In this document: piece after piece, positions 11,005 to 23,840 of the stretch | How positions within the stretch are numbered: the stretch's first letter is position 1 | Layout of the letters: each line of letters begins with the position of its first letter | Assembly: GCF_001194135.2 (NCBI RefSeq) | Contig: NC_069000.1 | Span: 45,812,470-45,868,540, forward strand | Origin: Octopus bimaculoides | Taxonomy: Eukaryota | Direction of reading: 5' to 3' | Length of the DNA stretch: 56,071 nucleotides | Notes under the pieces: generated by a model | Seen by the model: the letters and a program-made list of their open reading frames with translations, nothing else | Databases searched by the model: none | What the model was told of the DNA's origin: nothing | Translations under genes and position numbers: made by a program

Positions 11005-11340
11005 AAAAAAGGGGGCATCGGGTGGGGGTGATGCATATCCTGCGCGCACATAACATTAAAATAAAATTTAATTTGATAAACGTATTCTCAGATGAATTCG
11101 TATTTCAACAAAATGACAACAAGAGTTATTTCCCCTGCTTATTGTTTATGACTATGGAGCAAAGAAAAAACATTTTAATTCAACTGTTAATGAGTTCTAG
11201 CCACTCACCCAGTGAGTGTTTCTGCCAAATTTGGTGAAAATCTGTTCAGCCGTTTTCCAGTAATTTTGCAAACACACAGACAAATAGAGTAAAACGCCCG
11301 ACTACAATACCCTGCTTTCGCATACGCGCGCAGGGTTATA
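11005..11340 (+). mobile_element. Helentron/HINE-like non-autonomous element (tentative)
   Basis: Subterminal IR cctgcgcgc (11039-11047) / gcgcgcagg (11326-11334) and 3' stem accctgc...gcagggt (11309-11336). Same layout as 28511-28860. Confidence 0.45.
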
Positions 11341-11699
11341 ACTCCTACCTACATTCAGTTTAACGTACTTTCGATTGTTGGTTCACAGAAGGAATTAACA
11401 GATACACGGATCCAATGAGATTTAAAGAGTTATGGCAGATAACTCTACACAAACCGCATTTTTAAGATGTGTTGCTTGTATTTTCTTTAGCATACTAGGA
11501 GTCCACCTTGGTGGTCATTCCTCTTAATTTTGTATCTATATACATATATATATACATACATACACACACATATATATATATATATATANNNNNNNNNNNN
11601 NNNNNNNNNNNNNNNNNNNNNNNNNNNNNNNNNNNNNNNNNNNNNNNNNNNNNNNNNNNNNNNNNNNNNNNNNNNNNNNNNNNNNNNNNNNNNNNNNNG

Positions 11700-11868
11700 A
11701 GGGGACAAACAAGGACAGACAAACGGATTAAGTCGATTACATCGACCCCAGTGCTTAACTGGTACTTATTTAATCGACCCCGAAAGGATGAAAGGCGAAG
11801 TCGACTCAGAACGTAGCGGCAGACGAAATACCGCTTCGCCCGGCGTGCTAACGTTTCTGCCAGCTCGC
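11700..11868 (-). mobile_element. SINE family D
   Basis: Reverse-complement match to the D consensus. Confidence 0.8.
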
Positions 11869-12142
11869 GCGTCCCTCTCCACTCACGTTTTACATTTATC
11901 ACCCTGATGTGCTATCAACTATCCCTACGTCTCCTTTGAACGACTTTGCCAACGCAGTTCGTCTATCTCTCTTCTCACCCTCTTGCAACCCACCAATCCA
12001 CCTGTCATCTCCATTTCTCTCACCCATTCCCTGTCCACTGGATCACTGATATTACTTTTCCACTGCTTTGCAGCCTTTTCCCTCCTGCCTGTCACCACTT
12101 ACTCTGCTTTTCTTTCCTTCCAACTCATGTATGGATGTATGC

Positions 12143-12175
<33 letters not shown>

Positions 12176-12290
12176 CAGGCATGCGAACTTATATGCGTAC
12201 ATAAATACATGCATGAATCTTTCTTCCCTCTGTCTCTTTCTCTTTCTCTTCCCCTCTCTCTTTCTTTTTATCTCTCTCTCTGTTCTTAAT

Positions 12291-12344
<54 letters not shown>

Positions 12345-13910
12345 NNNNNNNNNNNNNNNNNNNNNNNNNNNNNNNNNNNNNNNNNNNNNNNNNNNNAAAC
12401 TAATTTAAGGGGATTAAATTATACACTCTGACAGTAGAGTAACTTCCCTTGGCCTGTTACGTTACTGCAACTAGAATACGCTTTTCTTTCCAAGTTTTTG
12501 GACCCGAAATATCAATACAAGCATCGGAAAGAAGAGAGACGAATCGTGTAGAACATGTTGGGTCGGCCGTCTACCATATGACGTCACAAGACTGCAAGCT
12601 ACCGCCACATCGCATAACCACCAAATGCAGTAAAAATTCAAGGCTGCAAGCTAGCAGAATCCTTAGTGTGCCAGAGAAAATGCTTAGAGCCATTTCGTTT
12701 GTCTTCGTGTTCTGAGTTCAACTGTTGCCTAGGTGGACTTTGCCTTCCATCCTTTCAGAGTTGTAATTCAACATATCTCTCTGCTGGCTTTGTACCAAAC
12801 TTAGAAACCAACACTCCGTATGGGGAGGGGGGTTGTAAAGAAACCAACACCTGTGATTACATTGTGTTATATCTGACTTTAATATCTTAATAATCACCAG
12901 TAGTTTTAGCATTGATAAGATCATAATTGTTTCCAATATGGTTATCTGCTATTAAAAAAAGGAAAATAATATCATATATAACATAGTTTATAGTATATTG
13001 ATATCATATCAGAACATTGGTATTATTATTGTGATATGGTTCCAGTATTTTACTGTGTTACATCATTTTTTAATAGAAATATTAATTTGAATATTTGAAT
13101 ATTCTTTCTGAGCAGTTGAACAAAGCTGTCTTTGATTTAAATGTGATAACAATACTTCCACATGTTTGTTGTCCTAGAATTCTGTCTAAGATGTTGGAAT
13201 GCTTTCTTCAGTTTTATCTTTGGTCCTTCACAGACAGACCAAAAGAAAGTTCCACCATCAGCTGTTCAGTTCCTACAAGAAAATAGAGAAATAATAATTA
13301 GTTCTTTGTTACCTTTTTAATTATGAAATAACAATTTGAATTTAAGATCCATAAAATGTTTTTAGGTAAAAAAAAAAAAAAACCTGGCACTTCATCGGTT
13401 ACAAGGACAAAAGTTCCAGTTGATCTGATCAATGGAACAGCTTGCTCATGAAGTTAACATGCAAGTGGCTGAGTACTCCACAGACACATGCATTTGTCGT
13501 GGAATGTGATGTTGAGGGACCAATGTAAGTTCTCAGTTGTGGCAGATGATGTTAGGCATGTTGGGCTGGTATTGATGAAAAACAATAGAAAAAGAATAGG
13601 AATGTATTTTACATAATTTCTATGGCCATAGGTGCATTCACCTGTTGGATACTGAAAGTTTGGTTTGAAATATGAACAAAGATGCCACTACATAACTATT
13701 TTGTGTTGGTGAAATTGTGTAAACAGGGAAATGTACAAAGTAAAATGGAGGAAAAAGAATGTTTATGGGACGAGACAGGACAAAGCCATACTTTGTGTCT
13801 GGCATTTGCCTATTGCTTCTGCTGCATTGTTCCCTCTACTTCGTTGCTCTGGTCTCTCTCTGCTCACTCTGCTAACCATTGTGTCTGACTATGGAACTGA
13901 TATTTATAAT

Positions 13911-14147
13911 GGCACCATTTGAGCGTGGCATATGCCATTACCGCCTGACTGGCTCCCATGCCGGTGGCACATAAAAAGCACCCACTACACTCACGGAGTG
14001 GTTGGCATTAGGAAGGGCATCCAGCTGTAGAAACTCTGCCAGATCAGACTAGAGGCTGGTGCAGCCTTCTGGCTTGCCAGACCCCAGTCAAACCTTCCGA
14101 CCCATGCCAGCATGGAAAGCGGATGTTAAATGATGATGACGATGATG
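13911..14147 (+). mobile_element. RTE-type 3' tail repeat (family E), about one hairpin unit
   Basis: gcaccatttgagcgtgg...gcacccactacactc...aggaagggcatccagctgtag...(gat)n. Confidence 0.85.
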
Positions 14148-15200
14148 TTATACATACACATGCACACAGGAATACAAATATATATATGCATGCATATATG
14201 TATATATGTACATTACATACATATGTGTGCATGTAGATAAATAGATAGATGGACGGACAGACAGATAGATAGATGTACAAACAGAGATATTGATGCAAGA
14301 AGTAATACAATTCCAATAGCATTTTACTTGATTTTTTTTCTTTTTTGCTTTTTCAGCCCTTAATGATGGCATTTTAATAAATATCTTCATAATGCAACAA
14401 AACAACAACAATAAAACTAATATTTAGCTAAAAGCTTGACAGATAAAGCACTGTGGGGAGGTGGGTGGCAGCTTACCCCTGACAAGGGGCTTAATTTGGT
14501 AATAAGGTGTCATATAATGAAGGGGATAAAAAAATGTGACCAAAAGTTAATCCCTGGATTACAACTATTTAATCGTTAAATCCATTGGTGCAGAAATATT
14601 TTGAGGGGAAAATTAAGGAAATACAAAATGATTACATATATGTGTGTGTGTGTGTGTGTGTATATATATACACACATATGTATGTGTATATATATAGAAA
14701 TATATGTATATATATGTGTGTGTGTGTACATACATCTTTACATACATATATAAGTGTGTGTGTGTGTGTATATTTATCAGGAACTGCAAACTAGACGCTC
14801 CACCATCAATACCACCACCACCACCACCACTACCAGAACTAATTGTGTTCAACCGTAAACAGGAAGTAAAAAAAAAATGAAATATGTAATTTAAAATGTG
14901 ATTATTATATTTTAATGAGCTATTTTTTAAAATTCAACTCTTAAACGATTAACGAGATAAAAAAATGTAATTAATTTGGATTAATCTTGCATATTTGAAG
15001 AGATTCCACGGACATAGTTATTGTTGCTGTTATTGATGTTGTTGTTGTTCTAGCAATTTTTGTTCCTGTTTTTATTGTTGTTGTTGTTGTTGTCATTGTC
15101 ATCGTTATTGTTGTTTAAACCTCATTTCAACACTTTAATGAAAACTACTTTAGACCAATCATGTTCCAGCCATCACCATCCCATCTTATATTCAAATATA

Positions 15201-15600
15201 GGCATAGACGTGGCTGTGTGGTAAAACGTTTGCTTCCCAACCACATGGTTCTGGGTTCAGTCCCACTGCGTGGCACCATGGGCAAGTGTCTTTTATAACA
15301 GCCTTGGGCCAACTAAAGTCTTGTGAATGGATTTGTCAGACAGAAACTGAAAAAAGCCTGTTCTGTGTGTGTGTGTGTGTCTCTGTGTGTGTCTGTGTTT
15401 TTCTTTGAGTCTCTGTGAGTCTTTGAGCCTCCACCACCACTTGACAACCAGTGTTGGTTTATTTACATCCCTGTAACTTAGTTCTTCAGCACAAGAGCCC
15501 AAAAGAAATAGTTACCGGGGACAATTCATTGTGTTAAAAATTTTTCAAGGCAGTGCCCCAGCATGGCCACAGTATAATAACTGAAACAAGTTAAACAGAA
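15201..15600 (+). mobile_element. tRNA-derived SINE family B: tRNA-like head, internal (TG)n, conserved tail
   Basis: A-box tggctgtgtgg and B-box ggttcagtcc. Tail ends ...gccccagcatggccacagt...ctgaaacaag. Many copies in the window. Confidence 0.85.
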
Positions 15601-16421
15601 GATAGAGTTACATAGACATATATTTCCCCCCTTCATCAATAAAACGATAGGGAGCCACAAAAATTTCACTTTTATTATTTTTACATCATTCCCCGCCCAC
15701 CGCCGCCCCCCATTTTATTATTTAATTTCTCTTAATCTTTCTTTCTAAGACAGTAGAATGAGATTTCTTGCAGATTTGGCTGTTATTCCTGGCAGACCGA
15801 TGCATAGAAGCCTTCATCAAAGTCTAGGAACATGTGATGATGAATAGGAATAGAAATAACAAATCTCATNNNNNNNNNNNNNNNNNNNNNNNNNNNNNNN
15901 NNNNNNNNNNNNNNNNNNNNNNNNNNNNNNNNNNNNNNNNNNNNNNNNNNNNNNNNNNNNNNNNNNNNNNNNNNNNNNNNNNNNNNNNNNNNNNNNNNNN
16001 NNNNNNNNNNNNNNNNNNNNNNNNNNNNNNNNNNNNNNNNNNNNNNNNNNNNNNNNNNNNNNNNNNNNNNNNNNNNNNNNNNNNNNNNNNNNNNNNNNNN
16101 NNNNNNNNNNNNNNNNNNNNNNNNNNNNNNNNNNNNNNNNNNNNNNNNNNNNNNNNNNNNNNNNNNNNNNNNNNNNNNNNNNNNNNNNNNNNNNNNNNNN
16201 NNNNNNNNNNNNNNNNNNNNNNNNNNNNNNNNNNNNNNNNNNNNNNNNNNNNNNNNNNNNNNNNNNNNNNNNNNNNNNNNNNNNNNNNNNNNNNNNNNNN
16301 NNNNNNNNNNNNNNNNNNNNNNNNNNNNNNNNNNNNNNNNNNNNNNNNNNNNNNNNNNNNNNNNNNNNNNNNNNNNNNNNNNNNNNNNNNNNNNNNNNNN
16401 NNNNNNNNNNNNNNNNNNNNN

Positions 16422-16444
<23 letters not shown>

Positions 16445-16458
<14 letters not shown>

Positions 16459-16675
16459 ATATGTTTGTGTGTCTGTGTTTGTCCCCCCAACATCAATTGA
16501 CAACTGATGCTGGTGTGTTTACATCCCCGTAACTTAGCGATTCGGCAAACGAGACCGATAGAATAAGTACTAGGCTTACAAAGAATAAGTCCTGGGGTCG
16601 GTTTGCTCGACTAAAGGTGGTGCTCCAGCATGGCCACAGTCAAATGACTGAAACAAGTAAAAGAGTAAAAGAGAG
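16445..16675 (+). mobile_element. SINE family B tail (head probably in the gap)
   Basis: gtgtttgtccccc...gtaacttagcgattcggc...ggtgctccagcatggccacagtcaaatgactgaaacaag. Confidence 0.85.
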
Positions 16676-16983
16676 ATACAGAATATGGGAGCAAAGTTTA
16701 AAAAAATGGATGAGAAGAGGGTGTGTGGCTAATTTCCTGTAAAGATCTGACATGTCTATATTTAAACAACAACGAAATGGCGTAAGATGTATTCATTAAC
16801 GATGTTAATTATGTCACACTGCCTTTCCTCTAAATTAAAAGTTCTGTTGCTGTTTTTTTTTTTAATAGAGAGGATATATGGGTAAACAGAATGCTTACAT
16901 ACTATCTGTATGGATACGTATGGATATGTATGTATATAATGTGTATACAGAGAATATGGTGTCTCTATTGGTGCGTGTGTGTG

Positions 16984-17019
<36 letters not shown>

Positions 17020-17259
17020 GCTGATTGTCACAAGCTATAAGGACTTGGTACAGTTGGAAAACTGGGTGAGTCGTTACATGACTTCTTAAAAGTGAGAAGC
17101 CAGCATGTATCATCCAATGTGACCCTCCCTACTGAGACATTATTAGTGAATGTAGCACCTCAAGGAAGTGCCTTGGTGCTGCTGCTGTATGTAGTAGCTC
17201 TAACATCAGTAACACAGGCAGCCTATCCTAACAGTTAGATTGATGACATGAAGATCTAG

Positions 17260-17648
17260 TTGTTGTTGGCACTCCGTCGCTTACGACATCGAGGGTTCCA
17301 GTTGATCCGATCAACAGAACAGCCTGCTCGTGAAATTAACGTGCAAGTGGCTGAGCATTCCACAGACACGTGTACCCTTAATGTAGTTCTTGGGGATATT
17401 CAGCATGACAAAGAGTGTGACAAGGCTGACCCTTTGAATTACAGGCACAACAGTAACAGGAAGTAAGAGTGAGAGAAAGTTGTGGTGAGAGAGTACAGCA
17501 GGGTTCGCCACCATCCCCTGCCGGAGCCTCATGGAGCTTTAGGTGTTTTCGCTCAATAAACACTCACAACGCCCGGTCTGGGAATCGAAACCGCGATCCT
17601 ATGACCGCGAGTCTGCAGCCCTAGCCACTGGGCCATTGCACCTCCACG
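17260..17648 (-). mobile_element. SINE family A, full length, with 10-bp TSD
   Basis: Reverse complement of 4494-4868. TSD gaagatctag at 17250-17259 and 17649-17658. Confidence 0.9.
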
Positions 17649-17999
17649 GAAGATCTAGATGTCATATATAAAATGGTTGCCGAAAACAAGATGTATTTTG
17701 ATGCAGGAACATTTAAAGCCTTCTGCTTTTAGTCAGCTAGTGCTAACATGCAGTAACAATGATACTTTGGACCAAAAGGTGTGGCAATCCCAGAGTTAAA
17801 CATATCTAGATAGGGATTGGTATGAACTACAAAGCTTCGCTTCATGGATATATCACTATTTAGTGGCAATGTGCAAGAGAATGGCTGGCTGGATTCTGAG
17901 AACTTTCAGAAAAAAAGGACCAGGAAATTATGTTGCTCCTATGAAAGACATTTTTGCTGAGCCACCTGAACAATTGTTTTCACCTAGGGGTTACTCGAC

Positions 18000-18140
18000 A
18001 GTGTCAAATTGAGAGTGCAACTCAAGGCAGTTCGGTGGTGCTGTACCAAGAAGATTGCATCAGTGAATCACTTAAGCTGCTGGGAGAGTCTGAAAGAACT
18101 AAAACTCTACTCCCTGAAGCAAAGATGGGAAGGGACATGC
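18000..18140 (+). mobile_element. CR1/L2-group LINE, ORF2 C-terminal fragment
   Basis: Reads TKKIASVNHLSCWESLKELKLYSLKQRWE, resembling the recalled CR1 tail 'TKRI..+..LSYWERLK.L.LYSL.RRRER'. Confidence 0.65.
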
Positions 18141-18330
18141 AGTGAAACACACATGGAAGATCCTAGTTCACACCAAACTTTGGCACCAAGAGTTATACCA
18201 GCTCCTGAAATGGACACCACTGTTCTGTCCCATATATTATTTATATGTAAGAGAGAATTGTTTTTTTCCATGGTAACTACAGCAAATTTGTCTTAGAAAT
18301 TAAACTATGTCACAAACTAATCTAAAGTTC

Positions 18331-18371
<41 letters not shown>

Positions 18372-18727
18372 GCATCGCCTTACTGGCACATGTGCCAGTG
18401 GCATGTGAAAAACAACATTAGAGCTTGGTCGTTGCCAGTGCCGCCGGAATGGCTCCCATGCAGGTAGCACATAAAAAACACCTTTTGAGCATGGTCATTG
18501 CCAGGACTGCCTGACTGGCCCTTGTGCTGGTGACATGTAAAAGCACCCACTACACTCTCGGAGTGGTTGGCGTTAGGAAGGGCATCCAGCTGTAGAAGCT
18601 TTGCCAGATCAGATTGGAGCCTGGTGCAGCCTTCTGGCTCACCAGTCCTCAGTCAAATCGTCCAAACTATGCCAGCATGGAAAACGGACATTAAATGATG
18701 ACGATGACAATGACGATGATGATGATA
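18372..18727 (+). mobile_element. RTE-type 3' tail repeat (family E), about three hairpin units
   Basis: Units are collinear with those at 23301-23563; (gat)n tail. Confidence 0.85.
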
Positions 18728-19440
18728 TATGTGTGTGTGTGTGTTTGTGTGTGCATGTGCATATGTGCATGCATGTGTACATGTGCATATGTGCATGTGC
18801 ACCTGTATATGTGTACATGTCTTTGCATTTTTCCCCACCGCCAGCCAGTGTTGGTTTGTTTATGTTTTCATAACTTAGCAGTCCAACAAAAGACAACCAA
18901 TAGAATAAATACCAAACTCTAAAAAGAATAGTATAGCAGTAAATTTTTTCTGACTGAACCCTTCAAGGAGGTGCCCCAGCATGGCCACAGTCCAATGATT
19001 AAAACAAGTCAAAGAAGAATAAAATCTGCTCAGACTTTAAATTCTATGAATATAACTTTACCAATATCTCCATAATTAGATATTTATTCCTCATTAGTAA
19101 TATGTCGATAATTAGCTATATATTCCTAATTAGCTATATATCCATAATTAGATCAAACAATTCTAGCATATTCTTCATTATGTGAAACAAATCCAAAATA
19201 CAAGAGAGATGAAATTTTTGGAACTTTACCTGAGTTTGAGGAAATTCACAGAACCAGACAGGAATGTAAAGAATCCATGATGCCTTCATCTTCTAGAAAT
19301 GCTTGTTGCAGGGTCAAAGTTGTTCTCTTTGCAATCTCATGGTTCCACTTTATGGCACCTTAGACAAACATCTTTTACCATAACTCCGGTTATGTGAATT
19401 AAAGTTGGCAGATGGTAACTGTGCAGAAACTAGTCCCAAA

Positions 19441-19503
19441 GATAGACACAGACAGACAGATAGACAGACAGATAGACAGACAGACAGACAGATAGACAAA
19501 TAA

Positions 19504-19536
<33 letters not shown>

Positions 19537-19865
19537 TAGATGGATAGATAGACAGACAGACAGACAGATAGACAAATAAATAGATAGATAGATAGACAGA
19601 CAGATAGACAGGTAGGTAGGTAGGTAGATAGAGAGATAGACAGGTAGGTAGGTAGATAGATAGAGAGACAGACAGACTGACAGACAGACTGACAGACAGA
19701 CTGACAGACAGGTAGGTAGGTAGACAGGCAGATAGGTAGGTAGGTAGATAGAGAGAGACAGACAGACAGACAGACGGATAGATAGGTAGAGAGACAGACA
19801 GACAGACAAATAGAGATAGATTGTTTGATAGATAGGTATAGCAATAGATAGGTAGATAGATAGCT
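19441..19865. repeat. Compound (GATA)/(GACA)/(GGTA) tetranucleotide microsatellite with higher-order duplication
   Basis: Seen directly; explains the overlapping LSVC/LSIY ORFs. Confidence 0.95.
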
Positions 19866-20384
19866 GTATATGTGTGTGTATGTTTGTATATATTCATGTA
19901 TGTATATCTATCTGCATGTATTTATGAGTATGGATGTAGATATGACTATCTATACATATGTTTGCATGTGTGTCTGTGCATAATTGCATAGATGTATGGA
20001 CATGTATATATATGTATGTGTGTATGCATGTATGTTTATATATTTATGTGTATATGTGCGTGTGTGTATATCTGCATATTTTTACCAATATGTATCAGGA
20101 AAAAGATATCAACTCTGGCAAAAGCAAAAATCAAATAAATGTTTTACAAACGAAGTCCCTTGTGGTATTTGTTTTGCCGCAAGTGCAATTACACTCCCTT
20201 TTTATAGGTGTGTGTTAGAACCCTGCAACATGACTGCAGTTCCATCAACTGAGAGTAGGATGAAGAGTGTCACATCCCAGACTCTGGATTGGATGTGTGC
20301 GCGCGTCTGTCTGTATGTCTTTCTGCTTCTTAGGGTTGAACCTGTGGATGCTTGGGGAAAGCATTATTGAACGGGTTGGTGCTG

Positions 20385-20625
20385 CAGGGAGGGAGGCGGA
20401 AGAGGGGAGGAAGGCAGGGAGGGGAAGGAGGGGAGAGAGAAGAAGAGGAGGAAGAAGACGGGGAGGATGGAGGAGGAGGTGGAAGAGAGGGACAAGGAGG
20501 AAGACAGGGAGGAGGAGGAGGAGGAGGAGGACAGGGAGGAGGAGGAAGGTGTGGTAGGGAGGGAGGAGTGAAGAGGAGGAAGACAGCAGGGAGGAGATGG
20601 AAGGAGCTGTCTTTCAAAGTTAGGA
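20385..20625. repeat. Polypurine (GGA)-rich tract
   Basis: About 240 nt that are almost purely purine on the + strand. Confidence 0.9.
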
Positions 20626-20769
20626 AGAAATCAAGGGATTAAGAATTGAAGGTAAGTTGTGGGTGTGGGTGTATGCTAAAGGGTGGGATTAAAACTTGTC
20701 ACTACAACCATAGCTCAGAGGTCAAGCTGTTGTGTGGTGGTGGTGGTGGTGGTGTACACATATATGTCA

Positions 20770-20928
20770 GTGCAGGCATGGCTGTGTGGTAAGAAGCTCG
20801 CTTCCCAACGACATGGTTCTGGGTTCAGTCCTACTGCATAGCACCTTGAGCAAGTGTCTTGTACTATGGCCTCAGGCAGACCAAAGCCTTGTAAGTGGAT
20901 TTGGTAGGCAGAAACTGAAGGAAGCCCG

Positions 20929-20966
<38 letters not shown>

Positions 20967-21175
20967 TTTGGTGTCTGTTTGTCCCACCACCACCACTTGG
21001 CAACTAGTGTTGGTGAGTTTATGTTCCTGTAACTTAGCAGTTTAGTAAAAGAGATCGATAGAATAAGTACCAGGCTTAAAAAAGTACTGGGGTCGATTCA
21101 TTCGACTAAAATTCTTCAAGGTGGTGCCCCAGCATGGTCGCAGTCTATTTGACTGGAACAAATAAAACATAAAAG
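20770..21175 (+). mobile_element. SINE family B, full length
   Basis: Head, (TG)n and tail as at 15201. Confidence 0.88.
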
Positions 21176-21811
21176 ATACATACATATATATATATCTTTT
21201 ATCGTTTATACACACGCACACACACACACACACACACACATGTGCCACAGACTTCTTGAGTTCCCATCGACCGATTTTACTCATAAGGTCAATGATCTAG
21301 CACGCCGACAGCTGTCTCGCAATGAGATTGAAACCCTATACATGTGATTCCAAAGCGAACTTCTTAATCGCATAAGAATGTCAGCACCAAAATATATTTG
21401 TGTGTGCATATGTGCATGATTTGTGTAAGAATGTGTGTGTGTGTGTGTATGTGTGTCTGTACATGTGTACGCGTATATTATTTAACTAAATTTGATGTTT
21501 TAATCCTCTACCCTCTCTTGAGGAATTTCTAATCCGCAAAAAACTATCATACAGGAGGGATCAGGGCAGAAAAAAAAACAAGGAAGAGAAGACAAGTTAA
21601 AGGCCCCAAAATAATCTCTTAATTTTTATCTCTAATCCCTTTCAAGTGGATTAGTCCCTATCAATATCTCAACTCAACTCTCTAATCTGTCAACAACTGG
21701 AAAAATGTGTTTTTATATCCATATACATTTATTATTATTATTATCATTATCATTATTATTATTATTATCATTATCATTATTATTATTATTATCATTGTTA
21801 TTATTGATGGC

Positions 21812-22270
21812 AAGGTGGTGGAGATGGCAGAAATGCTAGCACAACAGGTAAAATGCTTAGTAGTATTTTGTCTATCTTTGTGTTCTGAGTTCAAATTCTG
21901 CTGAGGTCGACATTGCCTTTCATCCTATTGGAGTCAATAAATTAAGTACCAGTTGTGCACTGGGGTCGATGTAATCGACTCATCCCCCTCCCCCAAAATT
22001 GCTGCCCTTGTGGCAAAATTAGAAACCATTATTAGTATTATTGTTGTTGTTATTAAGGCAGCGAGTTGGCAGAATCGTTAGCATGCTGCGCAAAATGCTT
22101 ATTTGCATTTCATCTGGCTTTAATGTTCTGAGTTCAAATTCCACCAACGTCGACTTTGTCTTTTTCCTTTCAGGGTTAATAAAATAAGTACCAGTTGTGC
22201 ATTGGGGTTGATGCAGTCAACTTACCACTCACCCTGAGCTTGCTGGCCTTGCACTTAAATTTGAAACCAG
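21812..22270 (+). mobile_element. Two head-to-tail SINE family D copies (21812-22030, 22055-22270)
   Basis: Each starts aaggcgg/aaggtgg after an (ATT)n-like tract. Confidence 0.85.
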
Positions 22271-23039
22271 TAGTAGTAATAGTAGTAGTAGTAGTAGTAG
22301 TAGCAGCAGCAGCAGCAGTAGCGACCATGGCAGTGGTAGTTGTAGTAGTAATGGTAGTAGTAGCAGCAGCAGCAGTATTATTATTATTATTAGTAGTAGT
22401 AGTAGTAGTAATATTGGAGTTGCTTGCAACAAATGTGTCTTTTATGGGCAGTAAATTTTCTGAAAACAGAAAACAAAAAAAAAAAAAAGAGAAATGGTGA
22501 AAGAAAATATCAGTTATTCCTACACAGACACACATTTGTAATTTAGACATTTAAAATTTGACACCTGGGTGTGTAGCAAACCAAAATGAATGGCTAGTCA
22601 TGGGTTCAGGGAAATTATAAGACATGGGAGTGGTTTGTTACAAAAGATAGTACCTCCCCGCCTGAGCAATTCATGAGACGAAAGCAAAAAGAAAGGTGAC
22701 ATGAGATACGTCTGCCCCTCAAAAAATGAAAGTGCTTTTGTATTCTTATAGAACAGCCAGAAGGATCCCTATCAGTGCATAGAATGATGTGGTTTCTTTC
22801 ACCCTGGGTAGGGCATACAAATGTGCATGCTATGACAAGGTGAGGTTTGTTGTCATTTTTATGTTATACTGTGAGCCAGTGGTGAGTATAGAAGTGACAT
22901 GAAATTATGAGGTCAAGTTTGGCCTTTATGGACATACAGGTCCTGGGAATCTGTAGGATACGTAATCATTCCAGAGCTGTGACCCTTAAGTAATTATAAT
23001 TGTGCTTTATTGTAGAAAGCCTATTTGTTATCTTCTTTC

Positions 23040-23220
23040 ATTTTTTTACTTGTTTCAGTCATTCGACAGCGGCCATGTTGGAGCACCACCTTAAAGGGTT
23101 TTAATCAAAGAAATCGACCCCAGGATTTATTCTTTGTAGCACTAGTACTTATTCTATCGGTCTCCTTTGCTGAACCGCAAAGGGGACAAATACAGAAACA
23201 CAAACACATAAATATAATAA

Positions 23221-23290
<70 letters not shown>

Positions 23291-23840
23291 TGATCGTTGC
23301 TAAAAGCACTATCCGAGCTTGATTGTTGCTAGGGCCGCTGACTGGCCCCTGTGCTGGCAGCACGTAAAAGGCATCATTTGAGCGTGATCATTACCAGTGT
23401 CGCCTTACTGGCACTTGTGCCAGTGGTACATGAAAAACAACATTTGAGCGAGGGCGTTGCCAGTGCCACTGGACTGGCTCCTGTGCAGGTGGCACGTAAA
23501 AAACACCATTTGAGCGTGGATGTTGCCAGTACCGCCTTACTGGCCCTCGTGCCGGTGGCACGTAAAAGCACCCACTACACTCTTGGAGTAGGTTGGTGCT
23601 AGGAAGGGCATCCAGCTGTAGAAACTCTGCCAGATCAGATTGTGGCCTGGTGCAGCCATCTGGTTCACCAGTCCCCAGTCAAACCGTCCAACCTATGCCA
23701 GCATGGAAAGCGGACGTTAAATGATGATGATGATGATGATGATGACAACGGGCTTCTTTCAGTTTCCTTCTATCAAATCCACTCACAAGGCTTTGGTCAG
23801 CCCAAGGCTATAGTAGAAGACACTTGCCCAAGGTGCCACA
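23040..23840 (-). mobile_element. SINE family B split by a nested family E insertion
   Basis: Tail reverse complement at 23040-23215; head reverse complement at 23748-23840. Confidence 0.8.
23301..23746 (+). mobile_element. RTE-type 3' tail repeat (family E) with four 66-bp units
   Basis: ttgagcg recurs at 23378, 23444 and 23510, followed by aggaagggcatccagctgtagaaac and (gat)n. Confidence 0.88.

Noticed and set aside
19230-19430. Possible minus-strand exon with donor CAG|GTAAAG
   Set aside because: No frame is open between acceptor and donor, and the peptide is unrecognisable.
23301-23563. CRISPR-like appearance of the 66-bp hairpin array
   Set aside because: There are no unique spacers and no cas genes; the units are diverged tandem copies inside a eukaryotic retroelement tail.
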